Below are positions 26,025 through 35,073 of a DNA stretch of 64,000 nucleotides, piece by piece. Made by a program: the position numbers and the translations under genes. The notes beneath the pieces were generated by a model that worked only from the letters and a program-made list of their open reading frames with translations, did no database searches and was not told where the DNA came from. Source of the stretch: an uncultured delta proteobacterium. Lineage in GTDB: Bacteria > Desulfobacterota > Binatia > Binatales > Binataceae. The stretch lies in NCBI GenBank assembly GCA_963761255.1, contig CAVXGH010000004.1, positions 230,890-294,889 of the forward strand, in the 5' to 3' direction. Each line of letters begins with the position of its first letter. Position 1 is the stretch's first letter.

Positions 26025-28151
26025 ATGGACCAACATATAACCCGCCCGATCCTGTGGAACGTCCCCGATGCCTTCGTCGTGATCATGTACTTGCTCACGG
26101 CGCTATGGACCGTGGCGATCATCTATGCGGCGTGGCGATGGTTTAGGGTCGTGACCCTGGGGCAGCCGGAGGAGGGACGTTTTGCGCAACTGCCGCGCCG
26201 CCTCATCCTCGCGCTGCGCGATTCCTTCGGGCAGGGCGTCGTCATCCGCGAGACCTGGGGATGGATGCATTACTCGTTCTATGTCGCGTTCGTCGGGCTT
26301 TTTATCGGGACCGTGATCGTGCTCATCAACGATCCGAGTCTCGGGCCGGTGACGCCGGTGCAGATCCTGCTCGGTAAGATGGGCATCTCGACGCGCTTTT
26401 ACTACGGCGATTTCTACCTCGTGTACAAAGCCGCGATGGACACCTTCTTCCTGCTGCTGATCCTCGGGGTGCTCGCGGAAGGCGCGCGCCGCGCATTTCG
26501 CCGTCCTACCACGCTGAACCCGCCGCCCGCCGAAAAAGTTATCGACAATTTCGAGAACAAGCTCGGCTACGAAATTCCGATGCTGATGATGCTACTGGTC
26601 GCCATCACTGGTTTGATGCTCGAGGGCGCGCGCATCAACGCGCAGCATCCGGATTTCACCGAATGGGCCTATCTCGGCCGTCAAATCGCGAAGATCGAAG
26701 GCGCGCTCGGCGCCGGCGCGATGTACCATCGCACGCTCTGGATCATCCACGTCATCCTGGTGTTCGGGCTGCTGTTCTGTTTCCCGTTCACCAAACTGCG
26801 GCACCTATTTTTCGCGCCGCTCAACCTGTTCTTCCGCAACCTCCATCCGCGCGGCCGCCTCGCGCCGATCAAGGATTTCGAGAATGCCGAGACTTTCGGC
26901 GTCTCGCAGGTCGAGCAGTATGGATGGAAGACGCTGCTCGACATGGCGTCGTGCCTCGAATGCGGCCGCTGCACCATTAATTGCCCTACCGTGAACACCG
27001 GCAAGACGCTGAATCCGAAATTTCTCGTGGTCGAGCAGCGCGAGCATCTGCTGCAGAAGGCTCCATTCCTGCTCGAAAGGCAGGTCCTGGCGGCGACCGG
27101 CGCAACTGAGCTGCCGCTGTACGAAGGCCCCGACATGATCACCGAAGTCGCTACCGAAGACGCGGTCTGGGGATGCACGACCTGCGGCTGGTGCGAGGAG
27201 GGCTGTCCGGTCGGTATCGAGCACATCCAGCGTATCGTCGACATGCGCCGCCATGACGTGTTGATGGAGTCGCGCTTCCCGCAGGAGGCGACCAGCGCGT
27301 TCAAGGGCATCGAGAACCAGGGCAATCCGTGGGGCCTCGCGCAGGAGAAGCGCGCCGATTGGGCCAACGGGTTGGAAATTCCTGAGATGGCTGAACTCGA
27401 GGACCCGAGCGACATCGACGTGCTCTACTGGGTCGGATGCGCGGGCTCCTATGATGAGCGCAACCAGAAGGTCAGTCGCTCGTTCGCCGGCCTGATGAAA
27501 CAGGCAGGCGTGAAATTCGCCATTCTGGGCAAGGAAGAAATGTGTACCGGCGATCCCGCGCGCCGGCTCGGCAACGAATATCTCTATGCGACGGTAGCCG
27601 GGCAGAATGTCGAGACGCTCAATCGGTATAAGCCGCGGCGCATCATCACGCAGTGCCCGCACTGCTTCCATAACCTGAAAAACGAATATCCGGACTTCGG
27701 CGGCAATTACCAGGTCATGCACGAGGCGGAATTCCTCGACGAGCTGATCAAATCCGGCCGGCTCAAGCCGCGCAACGCGGTCAACGAGCGCATCACCTAT
27801 CACGATCCGTGCTACATGGCGCGCCACAATCGGCTATGGGACGGCGCGCGCAATGCGCTCCGCGCGATTCCGGGCACCGAGGTTGAGGACGTCGATCAGT
27901 CGAAGAATCGTACTTTTTGTTGCGGCGCGGGCGGCGGATGCATGTGGAAGGAAGAGCACGAAGGAACGCGCATCAACCAGAAGCGTTTCGATCAGTTAAG
28001 CGTCGCGAACCCGAAAACACTCGCGGTCGGATGCCCGTTCTGCATGACGATGATGGAAGACGCTCTGAAGTCGCGCTCGCTGGAAGATTCGATGCGGGTG
28101 CGCGACCTCATCGAGATCGTGGCGGAATCCACCGAGCCTGAAGGGAAGTAA
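26025..28151 (+). CDS. Membrane-anchored Fe-S oxidoreductase: NarI/DsrM-like TM domain fused to 2x[4Fe-4S] ferredoxin and two CCG (HdrD/GlpC-like) domains
   Basis: N-terminal region has about 5 TM helices (…ILWNVPDAFVVIMYLLTALWTVAIIYAAW… with conserved His). Followed by CLECGRCTINCP and CTTCGWCEEGCP, then two Cys-rich CCG modules (CAGSYDERN…CTGDP…CPHC; CCGAGGGCMW…CPFC). GGAG RBS before the ATG. Confidence 0.85.
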   Translation: MDQHITRPILWNVPDAFVVIMYLLTALWTVAIIYAAWRWFRVVTLGQPEEGRFAQLPRRLILALRDSFGQGVVIRETWGWMHYSFYVAFVGLFIGTVIVLINDPSLGPVTPVQILLGKMGISTRFYYGDFYLVYKAAMDTFFLLLILGVLAEGARRAFRRPTTLNPPPAEKVIDNFENKLGYEIPMLMMLLVAITGLMLEGARINAQHPDFTEWAYLGRQIAKIEGALGAGAMYHRTLWIIHVILVFGLLFCFPFTKLRHLFFAPLNLFFRNLHPRGRLAPIKDFENAETFGVSQVEQYGWKTLLDMASCLECGRCTINCPTVNTGKTLNPKFLVVEQREHLLQKAPFLLERQVLAATGATELPLYEGPDMITEVATEDAVWGCTTCGWCEEGCPVGIEHIQRIVDMRRHDVLMESRFPQEATSAFKGIENQGNPWGLAQEKRADWANGLEIPEMAELEDPSDIDVLYWVGCAGSYDERNQKVSRSFAGLMKQAGVKFAILGKEEMCTGDPARRLGNEYLYATVAGQNVETLNRYKPRRIITQCPHCFHNLKNEYPDFGGNYQVMHEAEFLDELIKSGRLKPRNAVNERITYHDPCYMARHNRLWDGARNALRAIPGTEVEDVDQSKNRTFCCGAGGGCMWKEEHEGTRINQKRFDQLSVANPKTLAVGCPFCMTMMEDALKSRSLEDSMRVRDLIEIVAESTEPEGK

Positions 28152-28168
28152 ACTGCTAAGATGTCGCT

Positions 28169-28387
28169 ATGCGGTTCACGGCAATATTCAAGAAAGTACC
28201 CGAGGGCTATATCGGTTTCGTCGAAGAACTGCCGGGCGCGAATACGCAAGGGAGAAGCCTCGCGGAAGCGCGGTCCAATTTGAAAGAAGCCATCAAGCTG
28301 ATTGTCGAGGTAAACCGTTCCACGGCGGATGAGTTCTATTCCGACGGAGAGTTCATCAAGGAACCCATTGAAGTAAATTTGGGATGA
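28169..28387 (+). CDS. hicB: HicB-family antitoxin-like protein (UPF0150)
   Basis: 72 aa, MRFTAIFKKVPEGYIGFVEELPGANTQGRSLAEARSNLKEAIKLIVEV, matching the UPF0150 pattern (LPGc.tqG.tleEA..n.keAI.l). The stop overlaps the next ATG (ATGA at 28384-28387). Confidence 0.6.
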   Translation: MRFTAIFKKVPEGYIGFVEELPGANTQGRSLAEARSNLKEAIKLIVEVNRSTADEFYSDGEFIKEPIEVNLG

Positions 28388-28474
28388 AGCGAGGCGATGT
28401 GCTGCGAACACTCGCAGCACCACAACTGCGCCGTCTTGAAGGCCGGCGATATCGAAATCCCGGAACCAAGTAAG

Positions 28475-29323
28475 ATGCCGCAACGACGGAACGCGGCGGA
28501 GCTCCATCCGCTCAATCGAGGATTTGAGTGGAAGCTGATCGTTGGGCCGTTTCGGAGAATCACTCAGGATCAAGCGCGGTCCTTCAATGAGAAAGGATTC
28601 TTCGTCCTCCAAGATGCCTTCGATCCCGAGACCATCGCGCGCGTGATTGCCGAAATCGATCCGCATGAAGCCAAAATGGAGGAATTCGTTCGCGCTCAAC
28701 CCGGCAAGCGCATGATGATCTTCGAGGCCGACGGCATCAGCTTCACAGTTCATCTCGTCCGCCACTCGCAGTTTCTGCGCGACTTCTCGGCTTCGCAGGT
28801 CTTTGCGGATCTATGTGACGACCTCATCGGTCCCGATGTGCGCCTCTACTGGGATCAAGCGGTCTACAAGAAGCCGGAGTACCCGAAGCACTTTCCGTGG
28901 CACCAGGACAACGGCTACACCTTCATCGAGCCGCAGGCGTATCTGACCTGCTGGATCGCACTGACCGATGCGACCGTCGACAACGGATGTCCCTGGGTCA
29001 TTCCCGGCGGGCATCTGTACGGGACGCTGAAACATCGTGCGAGCGAGGCCGGCTACGTATGCCGCGAGCAAGATGGTCCGGAGGCGACTCCGGTCCCGGT
29101 GCGCGCCGGCAGCATCGTGGTGTTCTCCTCGCTGACGCCGCATCGCACCGGACCGAATGTCACCAAGGGCGTGCGCAAGACTTACATCCTTCAATATGCG
29201 CCCGAGGGCGCCTGCGTCACCCCGACGAATCCCACATCGGCGGGCGCGCTATGCGATGCGCCCGACCGTCAGTACCCGATTCTGAGGAATGGCGCGCGCG
29301 TTGCGCCGCCCGTCGTCGCGTAG
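28475..29323 (+). CDS. Phytanoyl-CoA dioxygenase (PhyH) family Fe(II)/2-oxoglutarate oxygenase (paralog 1)
   Basis: ...LYWDQAVYKKPEYPKHFPWHQDNGYTF..., HxD facial-triad motif, ...IVVFSSLTPHRTGPN.... The ORF is open back to 28397 (a possible longer N-terminus). Confidence 0.8.
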   Translation: MPQRRNAAELHPLNRGFEWKLIVGPFRRITQDQARSFNEKGFFVLQDAFDPETIARVIAEIDPHEAKMEEFVRAQPGKRMMIFEADGISFTVHLVRHSQFLRDFSASQVFADLCDDLIGPDVRLYWDQAVYKKPEYPKHFPWHQDNGYTFIEPQAYLTCWIALTDATVDNGCPWVIPGGHLYGTLKHRASEAGYVCREQDGPEATPVPVRAGSIVVFSSLTPHRTGPNVTKGVRKTYILQYAPEGACVTPTNPTSAGALCDAPDRQYPILRNGARVAPPVVA

Positions 29324-30286
29324 CTACTTCTTCATGTCGCTAAGGAAATCGAGGACGGCCGCGTTTACCTCGCGAGGCTTCTCCTGCTGCGTCCAATGCC
29401 CCGAGCCCTTGATGAGCACCGTCTTGCGCAGGTTCGGTACCCAGGTCGTCATCCCCTCTGCCATCTCGGGACGTAGGACGACATCGAGCTCCGCCGTGAT
29501 CATCAGCGCGGGTTGATGAATTTTATCGGGAAGACTCGCGCTTTCCTCCCAACTGCGATCGATGTTGCGATACCAATTGAGTCCGCCCCGAAAGCCGGTC
29601 TTCTCGAATGCCTTGACGAAAACCTCAAAATCATCGGCGGTGAGAAATTTACCGTAGGGGGCATCGGAGAGACGCTCGAGGATGCCTCCGCCCGCCTGGC
29701 CGAAAACTCCGGGCGGCGCCTTCCTGATGTCCTCGGCGCTGATGTTTGGTGGATCCTGGTAAAAGCCGCGCAGCGTGCGGCGCACGTCGCGTTCCAGTTC
29801 CTTTTCCGCAACGCCGGGCTCCTGGAAATACAGGATGTAATGAAAGCCGCCCGCCGCCATCGCGCGCATCAGCTCGGTTGGCTTCATCGGCGCGCGCGCC
29901 ATGAATGGGGTATTGATGCCGATCACGCGTTCGATGCGATTTGGGAACATCAGCGGAGCATTCCAGGCCGTCGCACCGCCCCAGTCGTGGCCGATGATGA
30001 CGCATTTGTCGATGCCGAGCGCGTCCAGCATCCCAATGACGTCGGTGACGATCTGCCGCTGCGTGTAAGCCTCGATGGGCTGGGGGCAATCGGTATCGCC
30101 ATAGCCGCGCTGGTCGGGCGCGATGGCGCGAAAGCCGGCGTCGGCGAGCGCGCGAATCTGATGACGCCAGGAGTACCAAAGTTCCGGAAAGCCATGGCAC
30201 ATCACCACCGGAAAACCACTGCCGGCCTCAACCAGATGCATCCGGATGCCGTTGGTATCGACAAATTTATGATTGAATTCGCTCAT
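29324..30286 (-). CDS. Alpha/beta hydrolase of the epoxide hydrolase-like subfamily (paralog 2)
   Basis: 320 aa, MSEFNHKFVDTNGIRMHLVEAGSGFPVVMCHGFPELWYSWRHQ…GHDWGG…. Clearly paralogous to 22527..23486. Confidence 0.85.
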   Translation of the reverse strand: MSEFNHKFVDTNGIRMHLVEAGSGFPVVMCHGFPELWYSWRHQIRALADAGFRAIAPDQRGYGDTDCPQPIEAYTQRQIVTDVIGMLDALGIDKCVIIGHDWGGATAWNAPLMFPNRIERVIGINTPFMARAPMKPTELMRAMAAGGFHYILYFQEPGVAEKELERDVRRTLRGFYQDPPNISAEDIRKAPPGVFGQAGGGILERLSDAPYGKFLTADDFEVFVKAFEKTGFRGGLNWYRNIDRSWEESASLPDKIHQPALMITAELDVVLRPEMAEGMTTWVPNLRKTVLIKGSGHWTQQEKPREVNAAVLDFLSDMKK

Positions 30287-30380
30287 TTAGGACACCTCCC
30301 TCGACGCGCGGGCTCGGTAACCCTCGATAATGCGGAATTCGACGGCGACACGCCAGCGTTATGTAGCGCCAAATCGCGCG

Positions 30381-30410
30381 TTGACAAGAATTTCGCATCG
30401 ACCCTATCCT
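30381..30410 (+). promoter_or_regulatory. Sigma70-like promoter candidate
   Basis: TTGACA (30381-86), 18-nt spacer, TATCCT (30405-10). A GGAGG RBS lies 10 nt before the ATG at 30457. Confidence 0.35.
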
Positions 30411-30456
30411 GTCGTGAACAGCACCACCCCACACAGCATCGGAGGACTATCGTCGT

Positions 30457-31101
30457 ATGAATCGTGATTTCGAATTCAAACAGCTGCTGCGAGCCTATCG
30501 TAGCGGCATCATCAGTGAGTCCACATTTGAACAGGAAATGGCCAAGCTCGAGGGAGGCGCACCCGCCTCGAATGGCGATGCCGGCGGCTTCCACGCATTC
30601 GGCAAGACCTACAAGAACGAGCGCGCGGCGATCGTCAGCTTTCTCGACAAAGTCCGCGCCGGCGAGGCCAATGGCGGCGAGGCGTTTGCTGCGTGGGCGT
30701 CGGTATGCACCACCGATTGCATCAAGACCGGCATCCGCATGATTGCCGAGCGGGAAGCCTATCACGCGCGGATTTTCGAGCAGCGGCTGATGGAGCTCGG
30801 CGGCGAGAAGCGCGCTGGGACCACCGAGGAAGGCCAGAAGTTCAAAGAATATCTCGGCAACCCCGGCATTCCCGACAATGAGAAACTGCTGCGCTTCACC
30901 AAGAGCGTCGGCGAACCGAAAGAAGCCATCAAGCCGATTTGCGACTTCGCCGCGCTTATCAAGGAAGACATCCAGACCAAGGAAGCGCTGCGCCTGTTCT
31001 CGGAAGATGAACTCTCGAGCACCACGTGGGTTTGGGAATCATGCGCCGCGTTGAACAAGCCGGCGGAGGCGAAGCCTGCCGAACAGTCCGCGCAGATGTA
31101 G
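30457..31101 (+). CDS. Hypothetical protein with SHOCT-like N-terminal motif and ferritin-like/helical core
   Basis: 214 aa. The N-terminus FEFKQLLRAYRSGIISESTFEQEMAKL resembles a SHOCT domain. Core ...IAEREAYHARIFEQRLMELGG.... Strong promoter and RBS. Confidence 0.7.
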   Translation: MNRDFEFKQLLRAYRSGIISESTFEQEMAKLEGGAPASNGDAGGFHAFGKTYKNERAAIVSFLDKVRAGEANGGEAFAAWASVCTTDCIKTGIRMIAEREAYHARIFEQRLMELGGEKRAGTTEEGQKFKEYLGNPGIPDNEKLLRFTKSVGEPKEAIKPICDFAALIKEDIQTKEALRLFSEDELSSTTWVWESCAALNKPAEAKPAEQSAQM

Positions 31102-31129
31102 CCAGCTTCCACCGAGCTTTCGAAGATAG

Positions 31130-31166
31130 AAAAAGAGCGGGGCCATCGAGGTCCCGCTCTTTCTAT
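31130..31166. terminator. Bidirectional terminator-like hairpin between convergent genes
   Basis: aaaa-AGAGCGGG-gccatcgaggt-CCCGCTCT-ttct. Confidence 0.45.
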
Positions 31167-31185
31167 GTCTGTAGTTGCGCGAGGT

Positions 31186-32076
31186 TTACGGATTTGCCGG
31201 CGGTGGTGCCACCGTCAATGGAGCGTCGCCCGCGGTTGCGCCGCCGCCTAGATTCCCTGCGCTGCTGGAGCCGCCGCTTGCGCCGCCCGTATGGCCACCA
31301 TTCATGCCGCCCATCATGCCCGGGGGATGCGCCATTCCCGGTTCGCGCTTGGTATAGCCGGCCGGAATCTCAAATTCGCTGGCCGGGATTTTCTTTTCCT
31401 CCACTTTGGTGACTTCGATCTTGCTCACGATGGGAGGCCGATTCGCGAATTGCTTCTTCAGCTGCTCGGCCGCCGCCGGGGGCAGGTTGGGCATGTTCAA
31501 GATGTTCATCTTGGTGGTCGTATCCTGCTCGAGGGGAATGCCGTCGGGCAGATTGGGCGGCATCGCGAACTGAGTGTCCTTCAGCTTGGCCGTCATCTTC
31601 TTTTGAAAGTTGGTGAATTCCGCCGATCCTGGAGCAGTGGATGAGATACAGGAGAGTACCGTGAAATCGCCCATCGGGAATTTGCCCACGCCATTGTAAT
31701 CCTCGCACTTGTTCCCATTGACGGTGCGCATCTTACCGGTCGCGGTAAAGGTCGCGGTATGCATCCCGCCGGCCGGCGCTCCCATCCGGCCCGGAGGAGG
31801 AAAAGGCCGCTCGAAGTAGCTCTTGGTTGCGGGGTTGACGATGACCGTGGTGCCTTTGTCGAGGTCTGTGATGATGGTTCGTCCACCATCGATGATGGTT
31901 TTCTGTTTGTTGCCCTGGATCAGCATCGTCTGAGTACGCGGCTGCGGAGTCTTTCCGGTCGGTGAGCCGCTCACCATGGTTTCGGTTTCGGTCATCACGA
32001 CGCCGGCGGACGCCGTTACAAATCCCGACGCCACCAGTCCGATCGCGGCGACCAGCGCTGCGAGACACTTATTCAT
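31186..32076 (-). CDS. Secreted hypothetical protein (DUF4412-like), tandem paralog A; Gly/Met-rich C-terminal tail
   Basis: Start MNKCLAALVAAIGLVASGFVTASA (signal peptide) with a GGAGG RBS 7 nt upstream. C-terminus ...PGMMGGMNGGHTGGASGGSSS.... Homologous to 32239..33357 across about 300 aa. Confidence 0.7.
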   Translation of the reverse strand: MNKCLAALVAAIGLVASGFVTASAGVVMTETETMVSGSPTGKTPQPRTQTMLIQGNKQKTIIDGGRTIITDLDKGTTVIVNPATKSYFERPFPPPGRMGAPAGGMHTATFTATGKMRTVNGNKCEDYNGVGKFPMGDFTVLSCISSTAPGSAEFTNFQKKMTAKLKDTQFAMPPNLPDGIPLEQDTTTKMNILNMPNLPPAAAEQLKKQFANRPPIVSKIEVTKVEEKKIPASEFEIPAGYTKREPGMAHPPGMMGGMNGGHTGGASGGSSSAGNLGGGATAGDAPLTVAPPPANP

Positions 32077-32238
32077 TGCGAATCCTCCGAGTTTCATCCT
32101 AAGGCGGCGATTTTGTCCGTACGGCCGGCGCCCCTGTCGGTTCCGACGGTCATCCGATGAATCATCAGGCTCAACAGCCCGAAAAGTATCCATACCATTT
32201 TCCATGATCCTGCGCAGAATCCGATCGCGGGCCGCTAC

Positions 32239-33357
32239 TTACTCAGCCGATTGCGAAGAAGTTTTGCCCGACGAAGATGGTACATTTTTACAGTTGATGG
32301 CAGTGGCGATGATGGTGAATTGCGAGACACCATCGTCCGCCTTCGGTTCGATTTTCCCCCGCACCGAACAGGATTGTGCCGAATACTCTTTGCCGTGCCC
32401 CCATCCTTCCGGCGCTATCGCGTTATCGGCGAGCAAAATTTCGTAACGATGACCATCGAATTGGATGGTTCTATCTATATGGACCTGCCCTCCCGGACGA
32501 ACATCCATCCCAAGGGCGATGTCACCTTTCAGAACCTCTGGAAAATTCGCCGGGCTGAACGATTTACTTTGCGCGTCCGCGTTCGACGTAGGCCGGTCCG
32601 TGGGTTGCTCGCTTCTGGCATAACCGCGAGGAATCTCAAATTCAGCTACCTCGACCTTCCGGGCCTCGACTTTGGTGACTTCGGTTCGGGTGACCAGCGG
32701 AGGACGATTGGCAAGCTGGGCCTTCAGCCGCTCGGCCATTTCGCGGGGCATCTGGGTGAAGTTGGCTGGATCGTGAGCATTCATTTGGATGGTCGTTTCT
32801 TCAATCAGAGGGAGGCCCTCGGGTAAAGAGGTCCTTATTTCGGGACGGGACTCTTTCAGTTTCGCCATCAACCGGTTTTCGAAGCCGGAAAAGTCTGAAG
32901 CTCCGGGAGCTTCAGTCGAAATGCAGTCGCGCATGGTGAATGATCCCACCGGCAATTTTCCCGCTACGTCGTAATCATCGCAGCGGTAACCGGCGATGGT
33001 TTGGGACTTGCCGGTCTTGCTGACCTTCGCCACATGAAGACTGGGTCCGCCGACGACTTCGACCATGGTGCCAGTCGGCGGGAACGGCATCGCGAGGTAG
33101 TTTTTCCGCTCCGGGTCGACGATTTCCATCGTTGACCGGTCGAGATCGATGATTATCTCGCGTCCGCCACCGAGACTGATTTTTTCCCTGTTGCCCTCAA
33201 TCATCAAGGTGCTTTGACGCGGATGCCGCAGTTGGGGAGCGATCTGACCGCTCACGACTGTCTCGGTTCGCGTCACGACCACCCCGGCCGCTGCGCCAAT
33301 GGACGTCGATGCGAGCAGACCCATCGCGGCAACCGGAGCCGCCCAATGCCGGTTCAC
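32239..33357 (-). CDS. Secreted hypothetical protein (DUF4412-like), tandem paralog B with an extra C-terminal domain
   Basis: GTG start (VNRHWAAPVAAMGLLASTSIGAAAGVVV…) by analogy to paralog A, with GAGGA 6 nt upstream. The extra C-terminal domain of about 120 aa is ...DIALGMDVRPGGQVHIDRTIQFDGHRYEIL.... Confidence 0.65.
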   Translation of the reverse strand: MNRHWAAPVAAMGLLASTSIGAAAGVVVTRTETVVSGQIAPQLRHPRQSTLMIEGNREKISLGGGREIIIDLDRSTMEIVDPERKNYLAMPFPPTGTMVEVVGGPSLHVAKVSKTGKSQTIAGYRCDDYDVAGKLPVGSFTMRDCISTEAPGASDFSGFENRLMAKLKESRPEIRTSLPEGLPLIEETTIQMNAHDPANFTQMPREMAERLKAQLANRPPLVTRTEVTKVEARKVEVAEFEIPRGYARSEQPTDRPTSNADAQSKSFSPANFPEVLKGDIALGMDVRPGGQVHIDRTIQFDGHRYEILLADNAIAPEGWGHGKEYSAQSCSVRGKIEPKADDGVSQFTIIATAINCKNVPSSSGKTSSQSAE

Positions 33358-34403
33358 TGCGATTCCTCGGTGCTCATTGTCAGGCCGGGCGTTTGCACGT
33401 CGCGAGGGTTTATTTTGTCTGTACGCCCCGAGCTGGTGTCGGTTCCGACGGTCATCCGATGAATCATCAGGCTCAACAGCCCGAAAAGTACCCAGACCAT
33501 TTCCTTGATCCTGCGCAGGAAGCCGATCGCGAAGCCAACTCCAACCGGATAGCCGAGCAGCGCCAGGATCAGCGCCTTGCCGCCCTCCTGGCTCACCAAC
33601 TTGGCCGGAATGAGGAACGTCGCGCGTTCCAGCAGCAATCCGGCCGCCTCCACCAGCAAGGCGATTTCCACACTGGCCGGCTGATGAAGCAACTTCAGCA
33701 GGATATAAATCTCGACCGGCCCCAGGCTCCATGCGAACAGATAGCATACACATGAAAGCGCCAGACGCAGGCGCTGATGAGCATAGAAATCGAGCAGAAA
33801 GCGGTCGGCCTCCGCAGCCGAGTCTTTATACTCGTCAGAATCGATGCCCGGCAGCTTCGAGGCAGCCGCGAGCAGATACGAGAACGGATGCTTGCGCTGC
33901 ACGACGAAGAACGCCCCGATCATCGCGAGGGCAAGGACCAGCCCACCGAGGATGGCCCAGAAGAAATCGCTGTTGCGCGGTACCATCCGGATCGACAGCA
34001 GCAGCGCGAGCGTGATGAAACCGATTTGCCCGACCATCTCGCATAGCGCCGCGATGATGACGGTGCTCAGGCCGACCGCCATATCCAGGTAGCGCCGCAC
34101 CATCATTGCCATCACGAACTGACCGCCGAGCTGCGCCGATGGGGTCACATAATCAATCGCCTCGCCGGCAATTCGGGCGGCAAAAAGCTGGCGGAAATGT
34201 AAGCCGTGGCCATGATGGCCGATGGTCACCCACCATCCCAGGGTGTTGGCGACGCGCGCAACGGTTTCCAGCGAAATCGTCAGTACCAGACCCCATCCGG
34301 CGAGCCGCACGAAGCCAAGCACCTCGCGGGTTCCGAAATGGCTCAGGAACCAGACATAGAAGGTGAGCGCGAGGACAACAATGATGGTTTCGGCGCGGCG
34401 CAT
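33354..34403 (-). CDS. Flippase-like domain protein (UPF0104; lysylphosphatidylglycerol synthase TM-region family)
   Basis: 349 aa, about 8 TM helices, with the conserved ...LLKLL... segment and a basic-residue pattern typical of UPF0104. Confidence 0.75.
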   Translation of the reverse strand: MRRAETIIVVLALTFYVWFLSHFGTREVLGFVRLAGWGLVLTISLETVARVANTLGWWVTIGHHGHGLHFRQLFAARIAGEAIDYVTPSAQLGGQFVMAMMVRRYLDMAVGLSTVIIAALCEMVGQIGFITLALLLSIRMVPRNSDFFWAILGGLVLALAMIGAFFVVQRKHPFSYLLAAASKLPGIDSDEYKDSAAEADRFLLDFYAHQRLRLALSCVCYLFAWSLGPVEIYILLKLLHQPASVEIALLVEAAGLLLERATFLIPAKLVSQEGGKALILALLGYPVGVGFAIGFLRRIKEMVWVLFGLLSLMIHRMTVGTDTSSGRTDKINPRDVQTPGLTMSTEESQ

Positions 34404-34461
34404 TTTAGCGAACGGTCAATTCTTTCAGCCGCTTGCCGAGTGCGCAACATCGCCCCGACTG

Positions 34462-35073
34462 TTAGGCAATGTGAGCGCGGCCAAAGAGGAATCGTTGCGC
34501 GCCGGTCACAATCTCCAGCGCCGTCATCGCGAGGCAAAGGATCGGACCGAGGAACATCAGGTAATGCGTCGAGGAGACAAGGGCCAGCACTGCGAAGAAA
34601 ATTAGCGCCTCGGTCCGTTCCAGGATGCCCGGTGGATAGTCGATGAGCTTCGGCCCAGTTCGCTCCATCGCAGCGCCGACCGCGAGGAACACCGTGATGT
34701 TTACATACCAGCTCGCCACCAACAGCAGCGCGTAAAAGTCCAGCTCGCGATGGCGCCATACAATTCCGATGATCACCGCGCCCTCGACGACGCGGTCGAA
34801 AGATAAATCCATCACCCCGCCGAATGGGGTCGAGGCTCCGCCGAATTCGCGCGCGATCGTTCCATCGAGCGCATCGAGGGCCGCGCTGAGCGCGAGGAGC
34901 AGAATTCCAAGGACGACGCGCTCTATGGCGAAGGCAACTCCGGAGAGCACGCCGACGATGACGGCCGCGGTCGTCGCAATATTTGCCGTCACGCCGATGC
35001 TGTGCAGAATGCGCGCGGCAGTGGATTGGATGCGCCTTGTGGTTGGCTTGACCCCGAGGATGCTGTCGAGCAT
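34462..35073 (-). CDS. CDP-alcohol phosphatidyltransferase family protein
   Basis: D-G-x2-A-R-x8-G-x3-D-x3-D motif in DALDGTIAREFGGASTPFGGVMDLSFDRVVE. 203 aa, multi-TM. Confidence 0.85.
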   Translation of the reverse strand: MLDSILGVKPTTRRIQSTAARILHSIGVTANIATTAAVIVGVLSGVAFAIERVVLGILLLALSAALDALDGTIAREFGGASTPFGGVMDLSFDRVVEGAVIIGIVWRHRELDFYALLLVASWYVNITVFLAVGAAMERTGPKLIDYPPGILERTEALIFFAVLALVSSTHYLMFLGPILCLAMTALEIVTGAQRFLFGRAHIA

